From assembly GCA_015486185.1 (NCBI GenBank), contig WFSC01000449.1, positions 1 through 45,447 of the forward strand: a stretch of 45,447 bases of DNA, read 5' to 3'. Both the position numbers and the translations under genes were made by a program. Numbering within the stretch: the first letter of the stretch is position 1; each line of letters begins with the position of its first letter. This document shows positions 44,797-45,447 of the stretch, piece by piece. The DNA is from Bacteroidales bacterium (GTDB taxonomy: Bacteria; Bacteroidota; Bacteroidia; Bacteroidales; VadinHA17). Below the pieces are notes generated by a model. The model searched no databases. It had not been told where the DNA came from and worked only from the letters and a program-made list of their open reading frames with translations.

Positions 44797-45447
44797 CTAC
44801 AGCACTTTAATCTTGATATTTCTAAACCATATTTTGCTCCCATGGTCCTGCAGGCCAATATAACCTGATTTAGCCAATCCGTAAGCCGGATAATCCTTCC
44901 ATTTGCATTTCTTTATCTTTTCTCTCCATTCTTTGGTCCAGAGATCATATTCGACCACTTTGGCACCGTTCAGATAATGGATGACATGGGGCCCATTAAC
45001 GACGATCTCAGCCGTATTCCATTCCAGCGCCGGCTTGATTCTGGGATTTACCGGAGAGTCCATGGCATAATTAGCTCCGGTCGTTTGCCAGTCTTCCAGT
45101 TTTCCCGGCCATCCCAGATCGTCAATTAACTGATATTCGGGACCTGTAGCATATGCTGTAGGATAATGATCTTCCACCACATGATAAAAAATGCCGCTGT
45201 TCCCGCCTGGAGAGATCTTCCATTCCAGTTTCAAATCAAAATTTTCAAATTTGCGTGTTGTAATAATATCTCCCCGTTTATCACTGCCTTTCCCCAAACA
45301 TACCAAACAGTTATCTTCAGCAGTCCAGTTATCGGGTACAGTATCCATCCTGAATCCTCTCCAGCCATCCAGATTTTTACCATTAAAGAGAAGCTCCCAC
45401 CCTTCCCGTTTTTCCTTTGCCGAGAGTATATTAAAAGAATCTGCCAC
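44797..45447 (-). CDS. DUF1080 (3-keto-disaccharide hydrolase family) protein, N-terminus outside the window
   Basis: Same motifs as the paralog at 34394-35200: GWELLFNGKNLDGWRGF, GGNSGIFYH, GYIGLQDHGSKIWFRNIKIKVL. Confidence 0.85.
   Translation of the reverse strand: MADSFNILSAKEKREGWELLFNGKNLDGWRGFRMDTVPDNWTAEDNCLVCLGKGSDKRGDIITTRKFENFDLKLEWKISPGGNSGIFYHVVEDHYPTAYATGPEYQLIDDLGWPGKLEDWQTTGANYAMDSPVNPRIKPALEWNTAEIVVNGPHVIHYLNGAKVVEYDLWTKEWREKIKKCKWKDYPAYGLAKSGYIGLQDHGSKIWFRNIKIKVL

Overview
This 45.4-kb window looks like a Bacteroidota chromosome. The evidence is T9SS C-terminal sorting domains, TTTG/TAnnTTTG-type promoters and the recN-DUF4835-coaBC-rpoZ-bamD synteny. It is densely coding and mostly core genes: coaBC, trxB, tRNA-Pro(GGG), a TrmJ-like methyltransferase, yaaA, a complete rseC-rnfBCDGEA operon and pckA. 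Between these sit accessory blocks: (i) an operon of a small OM beta-barrel, a T9SS cargo protein and a 1491-aa SpvB/YD-like giant protein with no toxin tip; (ii) a tight HD / Mut7-C PIN-like RNase / PPP-phosphoesterase operon; (iii) a 1379-aa C25 (gingipain-like) T9SS protease, divergent from a propeller/Y_Y_Y sensor fused to a PP2C phosphatase; (iv) a cluster of TAT-exported Gfo/Idh/MocA oxidoreductases, DUF1080 proteins, DoxX and an M14 peptidase. I found no CRISPR array, transposase, integrase or phage genes. The most unusual non-coding signals are two abutting 22-bp perfect palindromes (7944-7987) and a 482-bp ORF-free mosaic of short tandem repeats (23298-23779). Both share purine-rich words with other intergenic spacers. 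Every functional call rests on motifs I recognised in the translations, with no database search, and the system-level interpretations are hypotheses.
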